The translations under genes were made by a program, and so were the position numbers. The notes under the pieces were generated by a model that saw nothing but the letters and a program-made list of their open reading frames with translations, searched no databases and was not told the origin of the DNA. From Macrostomum lignano (lineage: Eukaryota), in assembly GCA_002269645.1 (NCBI GenBank), contig NIVC01000446.1, positions 310,001-374,000 of the forward strand: a stretch of DNA of 64,000 bases. Direction: 5' to 3'. Shown here piece after piece: positions 1 through 15,380 of this stretch (the first letter of the stretch is position 1; every line of letters begins with the position of its first letter).

Positions 1-397
1 ACTTATAGGCATGGCGGCTGTGTCTATAATATTTGAGCTTATAGGCACGGCTATAATAATTAAAATAAAATTTGTGTTCTATAGGTTCTCTCTTAAGCAA
101 ATAGTGGCTTAGTGGATAGGTCGATTGCCTTGTGATTGCATGTAGGCCTAGCTTGGTTTGAATCCTAAGTAGTTGGAGTTTTTTTAATTTAATTTTTTTA
201 GCTAACATAATTTTTCCATCTTGAACTTCTCAAGTTTTTTAATTAAAATAATAATAAATTAAATTAAATTAAATTAAATCAATTTTTAATAAGAGTAACA
301 CTAAATCTTAAAGTGCAGCCAATATGTATAGAAAAAATTTTTGTTTTCGATAGCTACATATATAATTGTAGCCGCACTTTAAAATGATTTTGTGTTA

Positions 398-2615
398 TGA
401 TGTAACCGCCCTTGTCGCCTGTCCGCTCCGTAGAGAGACGAACGCATGACTAGAGGGGGCAATGACCGTAGGCTGCCTATGACCGGGCAATGACCTGACG
501 GACCTCCAGCACCAGACTGTCCCGCCCACATGATTAGTAGCTTTGGTAGCGCTTCGTGACCAGAGGGCCAAGGACCCACATGGACCCCACCTGTAGCCAA
601 GGTGCAATAGTTGGTCACTCGGTCATAGTATGACCGAGTGGCTGCCACCACTCTATGTGACCTGGCGCACCTGGATCTTTCTACCAGACCTCTCGAGGCT
701 AGAGCCCCGCCTGGATTGGTTACCAGGGGATTTAGGCTAACAGGGGAGACGCATGCAGCCGAGTACAGGGACTCTGCTTGGGGCATGATCGGGAACTCTG
801 GGCTCAATCCTGGAGGATTTCTCAGCAGGGGATCCTTTGTGGCTGTGAGCGAGGCTGACTTGCGACTTCGATTACTAAGAGTAGTATGAGGCGAACATGT
901 ACTGTCTACAGTTTAGATTGCTCAGGGCGAAGGGACGCGTTAGCATGGGGTTGCAACCTTCCTACTGCCATGCTGTGCCAAGACTCGCTAATCCCTCTAC
1001 TGCACGCACACGCGGCCCCGCAGCACGCACTCACAGGCGGGCTTTGCACGGGGAGAGGCCATTAGCTTACCCAAACTTCCTTATGCTTTGCCACCCCGGG
1101 AGAAAGGCTTAGCAAGCCATGAGTGAAATGATGGTGAAAGATTGAATAATGATGAAGTTAGTTAATAGTTAATAATTAGGCCCTTAGGCAAATAAGCAGG
1201 CAATTAGGCAGCTTCACTATTGAGTCAAATACAGCAAAAGATACGGTATCACAATTGGCTCAGCTCTCTAATCAGACAATGGAAAATAGGCAAACCCCGG
1301 ATAAGCAAAGGCAATTAGAGCACAAATTAGTAGCAGGAACTTACCGGCAGCTGCACAGAGAGAGAGAGAGGCGGAGTGACCGAGGGCGGCTGTAGGCTGC
1401 AGTCAGGCAGACGGTGAAGCGGCGATGCGCTGGAGCGACGAGGCGCTGATGTAGATCAGGCGATGCTGATGATGCTGGGCGGTATCAGACCGCTGGCCGA
1501 TAGGCGAGCTCACTTGGGGAGCTAAGGATAACTTGGCGGTAACAGACCGCGGACCGGCAGGGATTCGTCTTATAGACGAATGGGTCAGAACTCAATCTGA
1601 CAGCAAGTCCAAAGAAGGACGAGGAGAGGAACAGAGATAAACTCAGTTGAGTATTCTCATGCCGAAATCGCTTCCTTTTATAGACCTCACAGCCGCCTCC
1701 TCAAGGTCGTTACCATGGCTCCCTCTCTCTGATTGGCTGCCGGCAGAATGACGTCAGAATGAGTCATGATGAGAAGCATGAGACCGGCATAGCAACATGA
1801 GAAATCGGGAAATTGCGCAATCCGGAGGTGGGGTGGGGGGATAATTGGCGCAGCGGGTGGTCGCGAAAGTGTTGCGCAAGCAAACATTGAGAACAATAGG
1901 GCTGGGGTCGAGAACAAAGGAATTGGAAATCGGGGATAATTGGGGAAAACTGAGAACAATGGAAAAGTAAACATTGGAGAAAAGGTGATAATTAGGTGCG
2001 AAAACGAGAACAAAAGAAAGAGAAAATCGGAGAAAATGTGATAATTGGTGGGGGTCGAGAGAACAAAAAAAGCAAAAACGAGAACAATAGAAGCGGAGGT
2101 GGGGTGGGTGTCACATGAGAAATTTAGGAAGGAGAACAATAGCGTGAGAAAAGGTTGCGCAAGAGAGGGGGATGAGACATCGATGAGTCACCGAGGGGGA
2201 GAAGGGGTCACACGACTTGCGTCACCGTTTGGGAGTTTGAGAGGTGATGGGGAGACGGTGAGCACACAAAGTACTGTAAGTAGACACAGGGAAAGAGGGG
2301 ACAGCGCAGGAAAAGAGTGCAGAGGGAGACAAAAAAAAGGAGGAGGTAGAGAAAGTACAGGAAGAATAGGGCGGGAACAGAAGAGATAGGGTAGAGGGGG
2401 AGGTACAGAAAGGGGTAGGGGCTCCGGAAAGGCAGGTGTGGCGGCAGGAGAGACGGGACCAAGGCAGCAGGAGAGGTGCAGCAGAGCGGGAGTCTCCAGG
2501 CCCGGTCGGAGACCTGGCCGAGTCTCGACAGCTCTGTGCAGAGGGTGCACGGGATAGGAGGCACTTTCGAAAAAGTTCCCATGCCCTATCCCGCGACCAG
2601 AGCGTGGTTACATCA
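398..2615 (-). mobile_element. Solo-LTR-like element, copy 1 (~2.2 kb)
   Basis: Begins TGATGTAACC (398) and ends GGTTACATCA (2615): TG...CA ends with a 10-bp inverted repeat. Flanked by 4-bp TSD GTTA (394-397, 2616-2619). Near-identical inverted copy at 36060-38211. No convincing coding ORF. TATA/CCAAT motifs point leftward. Confidence 0.85.
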
Positions 2616-2716
2616 GTTACTCTTAAAAATTAAACATAATTTAATTGCATAAAAAATTCAAATAAAAAACTGACTTTTCAATTGGCTCGATCTTTCATCC
2701 GATCAATGATTACATA

Positions 2717-2985
2717 CATGGCAATAGCAGCCATGCTTATAAGCTCCAATATTAGAGACACGGCCACCCACCATGTCTCTAAGTATGAACCCTTTCAATA
2801 TTAATGACATGGCTACTGTGCAAGTTTTATTGACCTAGCAGCCATGTCTCTAATAGTGACTAGGTCCGTACTTATAGACATGGCCACTGTTTCTATAAAT
2901 TTCTGCATTATAGACACGGCGGCCATGTCTATAAGTATAGACCTATTCACTATTAGAGACACAGTCGCTGTGTCTCTAAGTGTGG
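2717..2985. repeat. Arm of a degenerate foldback/MITE-like element; the other arm is at 1-60
   Basis: Repeated GACA(C/T)GGC..ATGTCT(C/A)TAA motifs. The reverse complement of ~2727-2762 (GTGTCTCTAATATTGGAGCTTATAAGCA) matches 20-47 (GTGTCTATAATATTTGAGCTTATAGGCA). Confidence 0.5.
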
Positions 2986-2994
2986 CATAAGAAA

Positions 2995-3850
2995 AAATAT
3001 AGAAGATAAGAGAAAAGACAATAGGTAAGGAGAAAAAAGCTTTGCAAAACCTATAAACCCAAGGACATGCAAAGGAAAGATAAGAGAGAGGAAAGTAAAG
3101 TAAAGTAAAAAGAAAGTAGAGATAAAAGAGCAGTGAAGAGATGAGAGAAGATCAAAAGGAGATATAGAGATATAGAGATAGAGATATAGAGATATAGGAG
3201 AGAATAGAAAGAATAAAAAAGTGGAGATAAAATGAGAGATGACAAAGTAAAGAAAAGAAGGAGAAAGGAGAATGCTAAGAGATGAGAGAATAGTATAAAG
3301 GGGAGAGAGTATAGAGGAAAGAGAAAAGAGGAGTCAGAAGGGGGAAAGAGAAGAGTACACAAGAGAGAGGTGAGAGAACAGAAAGGAGAGTAAAGATAAC
3401 AAATGAGAGAGAAAAGATGAGAATGAACAGACAAGATATGAGAGGACAATTGAAAGCAGAGAAAAGATGAGGTAGCAAAAAGGAGAGATTTGAGAGTAGA
3501 AAGAATAGAGAGAGAAGAAAGATGTGTGAAAGCAGAGAAAAGATGAGGTAGCAAAAAGGAGAGATTTGAGAGTAGAAAGAATAGAGAGAGAAGAAAGATG
3601 TGTGAAAGCAGAGAAAAGATGAGAGAGCAATGAGGAGAGGAGAAGAAAGATGAGAGAGCAATGGAGAGAAGAGAAAAAAGAAAGAAAAGAGGAGAGCAGG
3701 AGAAAGAAAAAAAGAGAGAGCAGAGAGCAAAGATGAGATAAAGAAGAAGGATAAAAGAGAAGGTGAGAAAACAAAGGAGAGAGAAGGCAAGTTTCAAAGA
3801 ACCAGAGAGATGAGACAAAGGCCAGGGAAAGGCAGAGGCCAGAGTTTGCC
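2995..3850. repeat. GA-rich low-complexity tract with an internal 76-bp tandem duplication
   Basis: Strongly purine-rich + strand. The unit starting TGAAAGCAGAGAAAAGATGAG recurs at 3451, 3527 and 3603. Confidence 0.9.
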
Positions 3851-5361
3851 AACACATGCTTTAGACAGGCAGAAGCCCATTCTGTGTGGCACCCTAGCCA
3901 ATGAGATCAATGCTTGCCTTAAATCTTAATTTAACTCAAAATTACCAGTACTGTTATTTCCAAATTTTGCAAAAATAGTTCCAGGGATTGGAATTTCTTG
4001 GGTTCAAAATCCATGGGTTTCAATAGCTTGCATTCTAAATTATACCAAAATATAACAACTGGTATTAGCTTAAATTAGGCCTATAATTATTTATTGTCAA
4101 AAACATTTGGCTTAGTTTTAATTTTTGTTTTAGTTTCAATTTTAGGCTTACTCTTATTATAATGCAGGTCTGCAGGAGTGATAAGAATAGGCCTAAATAG
4201 CTTTTATACCTGAGCCCTAGGCCTACTTGCCATAGTTTAGAAGGCAACATATATACCAAGATTTCTCAAGAAAAAATATACTAATACATTATTTGAACTA
4301 TAGCTTAAGTCTCCAAATATAAATTTGGCATAGATCTAATTTGGTATTGGCATTGGGCCTAGGTTATAATTGATAAATTGATATAAGTAAACTAGTGCAA
4401 AAATAAAAAATTTACAAACTTTACAAATAACAAATGTTAACTTTATATAATTTAGCTAATCTTAATATTATAGACTTTTTAGACTTAGTATTATAAACAA
4501 TTTAGTATTATTTTTTTGCTAGATTTTAATGCTGAGTATTATTTTAACTGTTTTGTCTATTATGTATAAATTGAATGTAATATAATCCAAATAACCAATT
4601 TAACCTTTACATTAAAATATTAGAAAAAGTCCACTTTTATAGTCAATTTGTTAATATTTCTATATTATAACCATTGTTATATTATTAATAATTAGAAACA
4701 TAGGGTCCTAGGCCTAAAATGCATAAGTGGGAGTATATAATTATTTTTGATTTCTTATTATAGCTAATGTCTAGTTTTACCTAGGACTTAGATAGTATTA
4801 TAGCAAAAATTAGGCTTCTTATATATTTGGTAGGACTTTTCTTTTATATATTTTTTCTTTCATTTCTTTAACATTCAAAAGCTTTTATTAAAATGTAAAT
4901 TTCTCAAAATTCAAACCAACATTGCTGCATTATTAGTTTAGTCTATTCATATCTAGACTAAACTCCCTTTGTTTTGATAATATGAATTGTAGCAGTTATA
5001 ATTTAATATGCACATTAAGTTGGTTAGAAAAAAGTTGCAAAAATCAGTTATGATAATAAATTTTTCAGGCAGTCAGTTATTAGTCTCTATCAAAGTAAAT
5101 AATGAATTAAGTTATATAGTAAATCAAGTCTTCTTACAGGTATGCTATGCTTCCACACTGTTTTCAACATTGACACAATTCAGCCACTCAACAGACAAAT
5201 AAAAAGACTGTTGTCATGCAGTCTTTATCAGAATTAGAAATCAGTCAATCAATTTTTTCTCTAGTACTAGCATTTAAATCAAAAGTTCTGCTTTGACCTT
5301 TGCAAAAAGGCATGTTTTTGGCATTTAATCCCTTTAGCAATGCTTTAGCATGCTTCTGCTA

Positions 5362-5640
5362 CACAATAATGCCAGATATCACATAGCTGCTCGGGCACAT
5401 GAAACCTTGGCTGAGCTAGGCTGACACATTCTGCCTCATCCACCTTATAGGGTTATAGCCCTGACATTGATCCATCTGATTATCACCTGTTTCTTATGAG
5501 TATCACTTTCAAACTTTGACCAACAAATTCTTCCATTCTGATGAAGAAGTAAAGGCCACTGTAATGGCCTATTTTTATGCCAAGATTGCCAGATAATTGC
5601 TGAGGCTAATAATGGAGATTATTCGCTTGATTTTCGCTTC
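5362..5640 (+). mobile_element. Decayed mariner transposase C-terminal remnant
   Basis: Translates as HNNARYHIAARAHETLAELG*HILPHPPY/SPDIDPSDYHLF (stop plus frameshift), matching the mariner HDNARPH...HPPYSPDLAPSDYHLF catalytic motifs. Confidence 0.85.
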
Positions 5641-5803
5641 CTCTGTGAGTGTAATCACGTGACATTTTAGAATACCACAAGAGCTTCCCGTCGCACCTTA
5701 AATTTAAACCAATATTTCAATAGCTTTGTCCCTTGCCTTGCTGTTTTTTGCTAATTTTGTCAGTCAACAAAGAACAGAAAATAACACTAGCTATTAATCA
5801 GGA

Positions 5804-8452
<2,649 letters not shown>

Positions 8453-8589
8453 ATATTCGGAACTTTTATTAATAATCTGTCTATTTTGGTCTGGTTTATC
8501 CTATTTTATTTAGCGGTGCGATTCTGTTAGTTAAGAAATGTCTTCATAGCATAAATAGTTGAATTCAATTCGATGGACTTGCCCAAATT

Positions 8590-8896
8590 ACAGGCAGGGG
8601 GGGGCTGTGTGCACACTTTAAGCGACATTGTCACACAACCGGCGAGAGGCATTACTGCCTATTCCGCCGACTCCCCTGAGCAGGCACACACACAGCAGTG
8701 TACAGCGGCCCTAACTCTATTTATCGTTAGGCATGTACACTTCACTGTGTCTTGGGGGTTAAGTCGTAAGGCCGTTAATTGCACGATCAGAGATTCCAAT
8801 TTGGCCCTAAATGAGTGTGACTGCACTTGGAACCGAGCCTGGCACCGCAGGTACATCACAGCGCCGCGCTTGACCATTGGCTGTGCTACGGCCCCT
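8590..8896 (-). mobile_element. SINE family B copy
   Basis: Colinear with 40096-40467 (CACAACCGGCGAGAGGCATTACTGCC, GTACAGCGGCCCTAAC, GACTGCACTTGGAA). tRNA-like head at the right end. Confidence 0.8.
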
Positions 8897-9769
8897 GCTG
8901 GATGGGATTTTACCATAGACAAATTCAGCTTAGTTTTTTGCTCACCGACTCCCTCTGAATTATTGGATTTATGCTCAGCAACCGTTAGCATCAAAGACTG
9001 TTATAATAAATTTTTATGTCAACTTTTTATCGTTGCAGAAATAGCAAAATTGAATTTAGAAAATTGTTACGCATTCCATTTTAAAATTGCTAATGTGTTT
9101 AATGATTTCATTATTAACTGCCGTTGACTTGCTTGCTTATTTGTGGTTCTTAAAACTGTGTCTTTAGAATATCTTATTCGGTTGCAGTAAGTAGATAATA
9201 GTAAGAAATCGATATTTACTTATTTTAGGATTTATTAACTTGGTCACATGTGTACTTGATTACTGTACTTCAGCCTGTTAGTGACAATATATTGCTTGTG
9301 CTAAACATTTAGTCAGAGCACTATGTGTTTTTATTGTTTTATCACTTTTTATAACAGTACATTAGCGTGCGAGTAATGTAACTTTGCGTCTTTTACTTGA
9401 AGCAGTTTTAGCCTATTATTAATTGATTATACTTACTTACTTTTGGTGACTGAATCCGTTTTTGATGCCAATGAATAACTCATTTTTTGGTACTCTTTGT
9501 GGATGTTTACGCTTGTAATTGGTGATTTATTATTTATTATTTCAAAATGCTTAGCACTCCTTATCTAGGTCCAATAAAGCTCCAATGCATTAACAAGCAC
9601 GTAGTACGTTTTCTTATTTTCTTATTTAACTTTTAATTTACAAGTATATATATGGAATACTCTCAACTGCTTGCTAGTGACTACTGTGTCAAGGGTCATT
9701 TTAATGGATTTTCAATGATATAATGATTAAGCTTTAGCTCTATCTAACAATTGCGATTGTATCTGATTA

Positions 9770-10045
9770 GTAGTCCATATGTCCTCCAATTGTCCCTGAT
9801 TAGTTTATGACCTCTAACTGTCCTTGATTAGTTTATGATCCCTGAATGTCCCCAATTAGTCTATGACCTCTAACTGTCCCTGATTAGTCTATGACCTCTA
9901 ACTGTCCATGATTAGTCTATGACCCCTAACTGTCCCTGATTTGTCTATGGCCTCTGATTAGTCTATGACCTCTAACTGTCCTTGATTAGTCTTTGACCTG
10001 ACTGTACCTGATTAGTCTATGACCTCTAACTGTCCCTGATTTTCA
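9770..10045. repeat. ~28-bp minisatellite (TGATTAGTCTATGACCTCTAACTGTCCC)
   Basis: About nine tandem variant units directly visible. Confidence 0.9.
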
Positions 10046-10192
10046 AGGACAATGAACCTCATCAAGACTTTATCAAGATGGCCTGAAGCCTAAGCCTAAA
10101 TAATAGACTAAATATTATTTATTGCGAGGAATCTCAGCTCGAATATTTACACAGTGAACTTCCGACGCATTCAATCTATTCTTGTTGATGTT

Positions 10193-12704
10193 ATGAGCTT
10201 CAATAATAGTCGTCAGAGCGGCACTGGAGGCAGCGGCGACAATGGGCGCAGACCGGCTGATGCCAGTGCGCCAACCAGCAGTGCTGCAGCGTCAGCATCC
10301 AGCTCGCTGCTTGGCGGCCAGACCTCAATGCCCACAGCCAGTGGCCGCCTACCGTCACTCCGGCCTACTCGCGATCTCACACTTGGCAGTAGCGCATCGG
10401 GGGTCGTCACTAGCGCAGCAGCTCCCAGGACCTCAGTTTCAGCTAACCAAGCTTTCGTTGTACCGAATTTTAGCGTTTCATCGACAGCTTCCACACCCGG
10501 CGCTAATCGTCGTACATTTGTTCCCAATCTGAATGCCAAGAGTCGGGAAAAGGATAAGCAGCCGGACAGGCAAAAGCAGGCCCAGGTAATTTGCTTCTTT
10601 TATTTTATTTTCGATTTTAAGAAAAGAAATTTTTACAGAAATCTAAAATTTACAAGACTGTAGACAAACTGAATGCCTTTAGTTTTACAGTTTTGTGATG
10701 TGTTCCTTACTACCAAGTCTTTCTTAGTAATCAAGGAACAATCACTTCTAGCTCTTTAGCTAGGCAACCCAGTAATCAAATGAAGATATTTATTAACTTG
10801 AGTACTGATCAGTTTATCTCTTCCTGAGCGTTGTTCTCGTTAATAGACCTTCGAAGTCTTGTATATCGGGCGCCTCTCGTCGGTGTCTGGTCCGGTCCTC
10901 TTTGTCCTCAATGACTTCTTGCCGGCCGGTATCTGTAGTTCGGACCAATAGGAAGCTTCGTATTAACAATTGGTACCCTGCGCCTAACTGCGGTTTAAGT
11001 CAAGCCTTCTCCTTCTAGCAGTGCCTCTATGCACTCTAGGTATAGCTCCGGTAATCACTGATAGGCTACTAAGATCTATCAGGGTAGTCCTTCTGGAGAC
11101 TACTGCCAATGGAGTCTCAATAGACTCAAGAGTCTCAACAGACTCTAACTCAACACAAGTGAGACGTCTCAACCAACGGGCGCAAATAAGGAAGGCTTAC
11201 CGCAACAACTCGACCGAGTCTTGGTCCAGGAAGTCCGACTTCGGCTTCCTCTTCGGAGCTCTTCTCTCGAGGAGAAATTGTTGGCTCCGGGTCCGCTCCG
11301 GACCACTTGTATTTATAGGCAAATGGACCCACATGAAATCACGTGAGTTCAGCTCTTCAACTGTCAAAAAGGTCACGGTTTGGTTGCTGTCAAACATGGC
11401 AGGTTAGAAAGTTACTCCATTGGTTTAGTGTAAAAACGCATGATTGGTCATCGCATTCGAGTTATTTTTAGTTACATTTGATTGGTTCACGTGAGTGCGG
11501 TTGAATGATGCATCTCACCTGGGGTTTGAACTGGCAAGCGCGGGTCACACGTGATTGGGGGATTTCTAAATTTAGCATGCTCGAGATTTCTCTCTTTCTA
11601 TTGGTTGATTCAAATATATATATGGTTCAGCGCATATCCTTATTCATGCTCTTCATTTTACTACTATATAAGTAGTACATTAACAATTTTAAATAACTTT
11701 TCTGGGAGATATAATACTCTACATTTGATCAGAGTTAAAAGTTATTGCTACCATTTTCGATTTATCTCTTAATCCGTACCTTTATTTAATTGCATTTAGT
11801 GCCCCATATTAAGCCTGTGTCACGAACCAGCTTTTGAATTCTGGATATTCTCGAGTTAGAATAAAGTTAAAGCCACTTTAATTAACCCATAACCTGCCGT
11901 TATCAAATATTTTGTCTCCTGCTGCAGAAACCAAAAGACAGCTTCAATGGCGCCGGCAGGTCAAGCAGCTCAGCAAAGAAACCCGGCAAGGACCAGCCTG
12001 ACGGCAAGTCTAACCGGCCTAGTCACGGAAACTTTGTACAGACGCACTCGATTTTTGCCGAGGGCCTCGGCGGCTCCGAGCGCTCAACCGCCGGGCAGGC
12101 CAGAGGCCGCGGCTTCGGCGGCGGTGGCGGCGGCGGTCGCGCGTCCTCTGCAGCCGCCGACGAGCCTGTCGATGTTAAAGTTGAGCCAGCGATTGAAATT
12201 CGACAGAAGGCGGAGCGCGCGGGTAGAGGCGACTATTTTATTGCCGACCTGCGCCAAGGTGACTTGCATCCAGTTCGCGTGCCAACGCCGCTGGTGCCGC
12301 AGTCTCATACCGGAACTGGCGTCTCCAGAATTAAGATTAAGGAAGAGCCCATGGAGATTGATGGCGTTCGCGCATCGCCTACCTCGGCCGTTGAGACGCC
12401 GGCCGCTGAGACGCCAGCGGATTTGCTGACCCGTTGCTCCGAAAGTGGCGAGTTTTTCACTATGCAGCTGCCTACGGTGCTGCCGCAGCCGGCTGTCGGT
12501 CAGCAGCGCAGCAGCGAAGCCGAAGGCCTTGAACGATGGCCAGAAGGTCATATTGGCTTTTTGCAGGTAAAGTTTGACAGACAGACAGACACCAAGGCAG
12601 ACAGACAGACAGACACCAAGACAAATAGACAGACACACAGAAACTAAATCAGACAGACAGACAGACAGACGGACACTAAATCAGACGGACAGACACTAAG
12701 GCAG

Positions 12705-12752
<48 letters not shown>

Positions 12753-12778
12753 CTAATCAGACAGACAGACACCAACAG

Positions 12779-12812
<34 letters not shown>

Positions 12813-12900
12813 AGCAGATAGACAGACAGACAGAGAGACAGACACCAACAGACAAACAGACAGACAGACAGACACTAACAGACAGACAGACAGACACGGC

Positions 12901-12932
<32 letters not shown>

Positions 12933-12933
12933 T

Positions 12934-12981
<48 letters not shown>

Positions 12982-13647
12982 CCAAGACAGACAGATTTTT
13001 GCGTTTCTTTGTTCACGATCTTTAGGAGTATCCCAGTAATTACGCTGTAACCGCTGCACAGTTGCCCGGTGTCCAGTTATCATTAGGCCACGCTGAAATG
13101 CCAGGACAGTCTTGTAGTGGCCCAAACTGTGTATTCCTTCTGCAGTATATGCTCTAGAAACGCGTAGAGTATGAATGGGGTTTTTCTAAGAAAACCATGC
13201 CCAATGTCGTCATTTGTCCATGGCCCTCTTGCCCCATCCGCAATGCGTGATTGCGATTATAAGCACGTTATACCTTACTTTTATAAAAGAATTTTATAAT
13301 TCTATCGTACAAGTTCTCAAATGCAGGTTTTGGACACCGGAGAGGTTCGACTCCTGTTAGATGTTGGCGACGATGCCGAAGCTGTCAGCTTTAATGTCAG
13401 CCTTGGCGCAGACGTAGATCACCTACAGGAGCTGCTGTTGCTGCAAAAGCTATCCGATAGCGGCGCTGATCAGGACAGCGGCAATTTGCATCGTCTAGGT
13501 CGTATTGACAATCGTCTAGTCTGTTCGCCAGACATTGATGCGCTGCTGTCGACAGCTGCCTCGGCAACCGTTGCGTCAAACACTAGTAACAACACTTCGT
13601 TAGCAGCTGCCCCACTGGTGACGACAACTAGACTAGGCGTGTGCTAA
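10193..13647 (+). CDS. POLR3D: RNA polymerase III subunit RPC4/RPC53; join(10193..10585,11928..12566,13327..13647), 450 aa
   Basis: N-terminal [15 protein letters not shown]...[18 protein letters not shown], and C-terminal [10 protein letters not shown]...[20 protein letters not shown] match RPC4 motifs. All junctions are phase-0 GT-AG. Confidence 0.92.
10781..11620 (-). mobile_element. LTR-like/promoter-like insertion in POLR3D intron 1 (boundaries uncertain)
   Basis: On the minus strand: five CCAAT boxes (ATTGG on + between ~11418 and 11603), CACGTG boxes, TATAAATA near 11310, a GTAAGC donor near 11200, and AATAAATATCTTCA ending at 10781. No TSD found. Confidence 0.4.
12578..12995. repeat. 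(CAGA)n microsatellite in POLR3D intron 2
   Basis: Long imperfect CAGA/GACA array just after the exon-2 donor. Confidence 0.95.
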
Positions 13648-14031
13648 AAGTTCATCGGATTTCTACCTTAAGTGCTTCAATCAATTTTTCCATTGCCTTT
13701 TAATCGAAAGCTTAAAACAATGTTGTTGCTTAAATTCTCTACAAGTTATTTTGTTTCTACCAGCGCCTGTTCAGTTGTAAAGTTTGATTAAGTCTAATTG
13801 AGTAAAAGCTGTTGTTGTGACACCAGAGTTGAGGCACAGACACTAGAATAACTAGGTATTCACTCGCAATTGAAGCTGCGAGAAAGCAGTGTCTACTCTT
13901 TTTCAGTAGTTTGTCTGCGCATTGTCACTCAAATTAATGTGAAAACTAAAATTTTATTTCCTTCAGGGTTTGTGGTCTTTGCGGTTAAGAATGGAAAACA
14001 AATTTAAATATATGTAGACAAGTGAACGCAA

Positions 14032-14190
14032 GACGGACGAAACTCGGTCTAGGGGGCAGGCCCAATCTAGCTCAGCCAATGAGAGAGCAGTAAGGAGAGA
14101 GTCCAAGTCAGACGGACGAAACTCAGCCTAGGGGGCAGGCCCAACAATCTAGCTCAGCCAATGAGAGAGCGGTAAGGAGAGAGAGCAAAA
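14032..14190. repeat. 79-bp tandem duplication containing CCAAT boxes
   Basis: GACGGACGAAACTC...CTCAGCCAATGAGAGAGC..TAAGGAGAGAG at 14032 and 14111. Confidence 0.85.
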
Positions 14191-15085
14191 TCAGCTACAA
14201 GCGGGCAAGAGGAAAGCCAAACTGTTTATCGGCCTGGGTGAGGCTGAAGCGCCACCTATTTTTCTATCTTTATCTTGCTATCCACACGCACTGGATCAGG
14301 TTTTTTGCTATCTCCAGTTTTAAATTGATTTTCTAAAAAATAATTTCAAGTCTGAGACAGTTTGGAATCAATAGTACAGGGTATAATTCAGATTTAATGG
14401 CTGCTTTTATAGAAAGTCAGAAGCGATCGCTGCAGCTTCAAAAATAAATATCTTGTGAATGAAATTTAATGACCTTTTCATTTTTCTTTCGAATACTAAA
14501 AGGCAAAAACACTTATATTACTACTGAAAAAGAGTAGGTAGGCGCATTTTTTGTGAGTGGCATATCTAGTAGCTACATATATATCTTTAAGTTAAGGTAG
14601 AAATTCCGAAAACTTTTGTGGCACCCCATTGATTAAACTTCAAGTGTGCCTCGGTTTTGCTTAAATTGGCCATATTGTTAAAATAATTGGTAATTGAAGA
14701 CTTTTCTTCTCTATAACATAAGTATCGAGTGCATACTATTATTAATAACCTGTTACCTGTGCATTGCATAGAGTTACCTCTATACTTTTCAAGGTGAAAA
14801 TTTCAAGCAAATATTCGCTGTTAGTGCATGATTTTTTTTCGTAAATAAAGACCATGGCATTTAGCTATTGAAGTAAAATTTTCTTGTGCCTACTCAGCGC
14901 CTTCTTGATTGCTTTTTTGATTTTTTTCTACATCAGTGTGTAGTCAGTTGTAGTCCCGTGTAGAGTGATAGCGATATTGTTTATATAAATAATAACTTGA
15001 TTTGGTTGGGTATTTGCGGAAATATTCTATATAATTTTTGTTCTCGTGATAAGCATTAATTCTTGTACAAATAAATATTGGCTAG

Positions 15086-15330
15086 AGACGTAGCTTGCTC
15101 AGTGGTAAATGCGCCTCGCTGCGCGACTGTAATGTGACTTACACCCATGAGGACCAACCCAGGGCACAGATAGTGTATTTGCCTGACGATTAGAAAGTCA
15201 AGACACCGTGTAAATGAGTGCGTGCCGGCCTACAGTATTGGCGCGCTTGTATTGTGCTCAAGAGTTAGTGGAATGGGAAAAATTGCCTTTCTGCTTGTTG
15301 TGTGATAATGTCACTGGAGATGTTTACTCT
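15086..15330 (+). mobile_element. SINE family B copy (duplicated at ~16293-16537)
   Basis: tRNA-like head GAGACGTAGCTTGCTCAGTGGTAA followed by the family B body (TGCCTGACGAT, TATTGGCGCGCTTGTAT, GGAATGGG). Confidence 0.65.
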
Positions 15331-15380
15331 GTAAATATTTAGTTAACTTTCATTTATGATACATTCATTGCAGAAGTGGC

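Noticed and set aside
379-2633. Multiple 65-150 aa ORFs in the LTR-like element (and mirrored at 36046-38350)
   Set aside because: No gag/pol/env motifs, compositional bias, and frames differ between the two copies through indels.
3051-3857. 268/171/173-aa hydrophobic 'membrane' ORFs
   Set aside because: Translations of the GA-rich low-complexity tract.
5786-5795. ACTAGCTAT upstream of GALE matching the 9 bp after GCGACCC at 7907, as a TSD
   Set aside because: It would place GALE exons 1-2 inside a transposon and there is no left TIR at 5795; most likely chance.
8573-9127. 184-aa ORF downstream of GALE
   Set aside because: Mostly the antisense of a family B SINE plus AT-rich flank; no domain.
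14090-14125. Hammerhead-ribozyme-like GTCC...GGACGAAAC
   Set aside because: The required CUGANGA core is absent (GGAGAGA instead) and helices I/III cannot be formed.
15180-15200. CTGACGA-TTA-GAAA in SINE family B as a minimal hammerhead
   Set aside because: No stem II, and the motif is not conserved among family copies.
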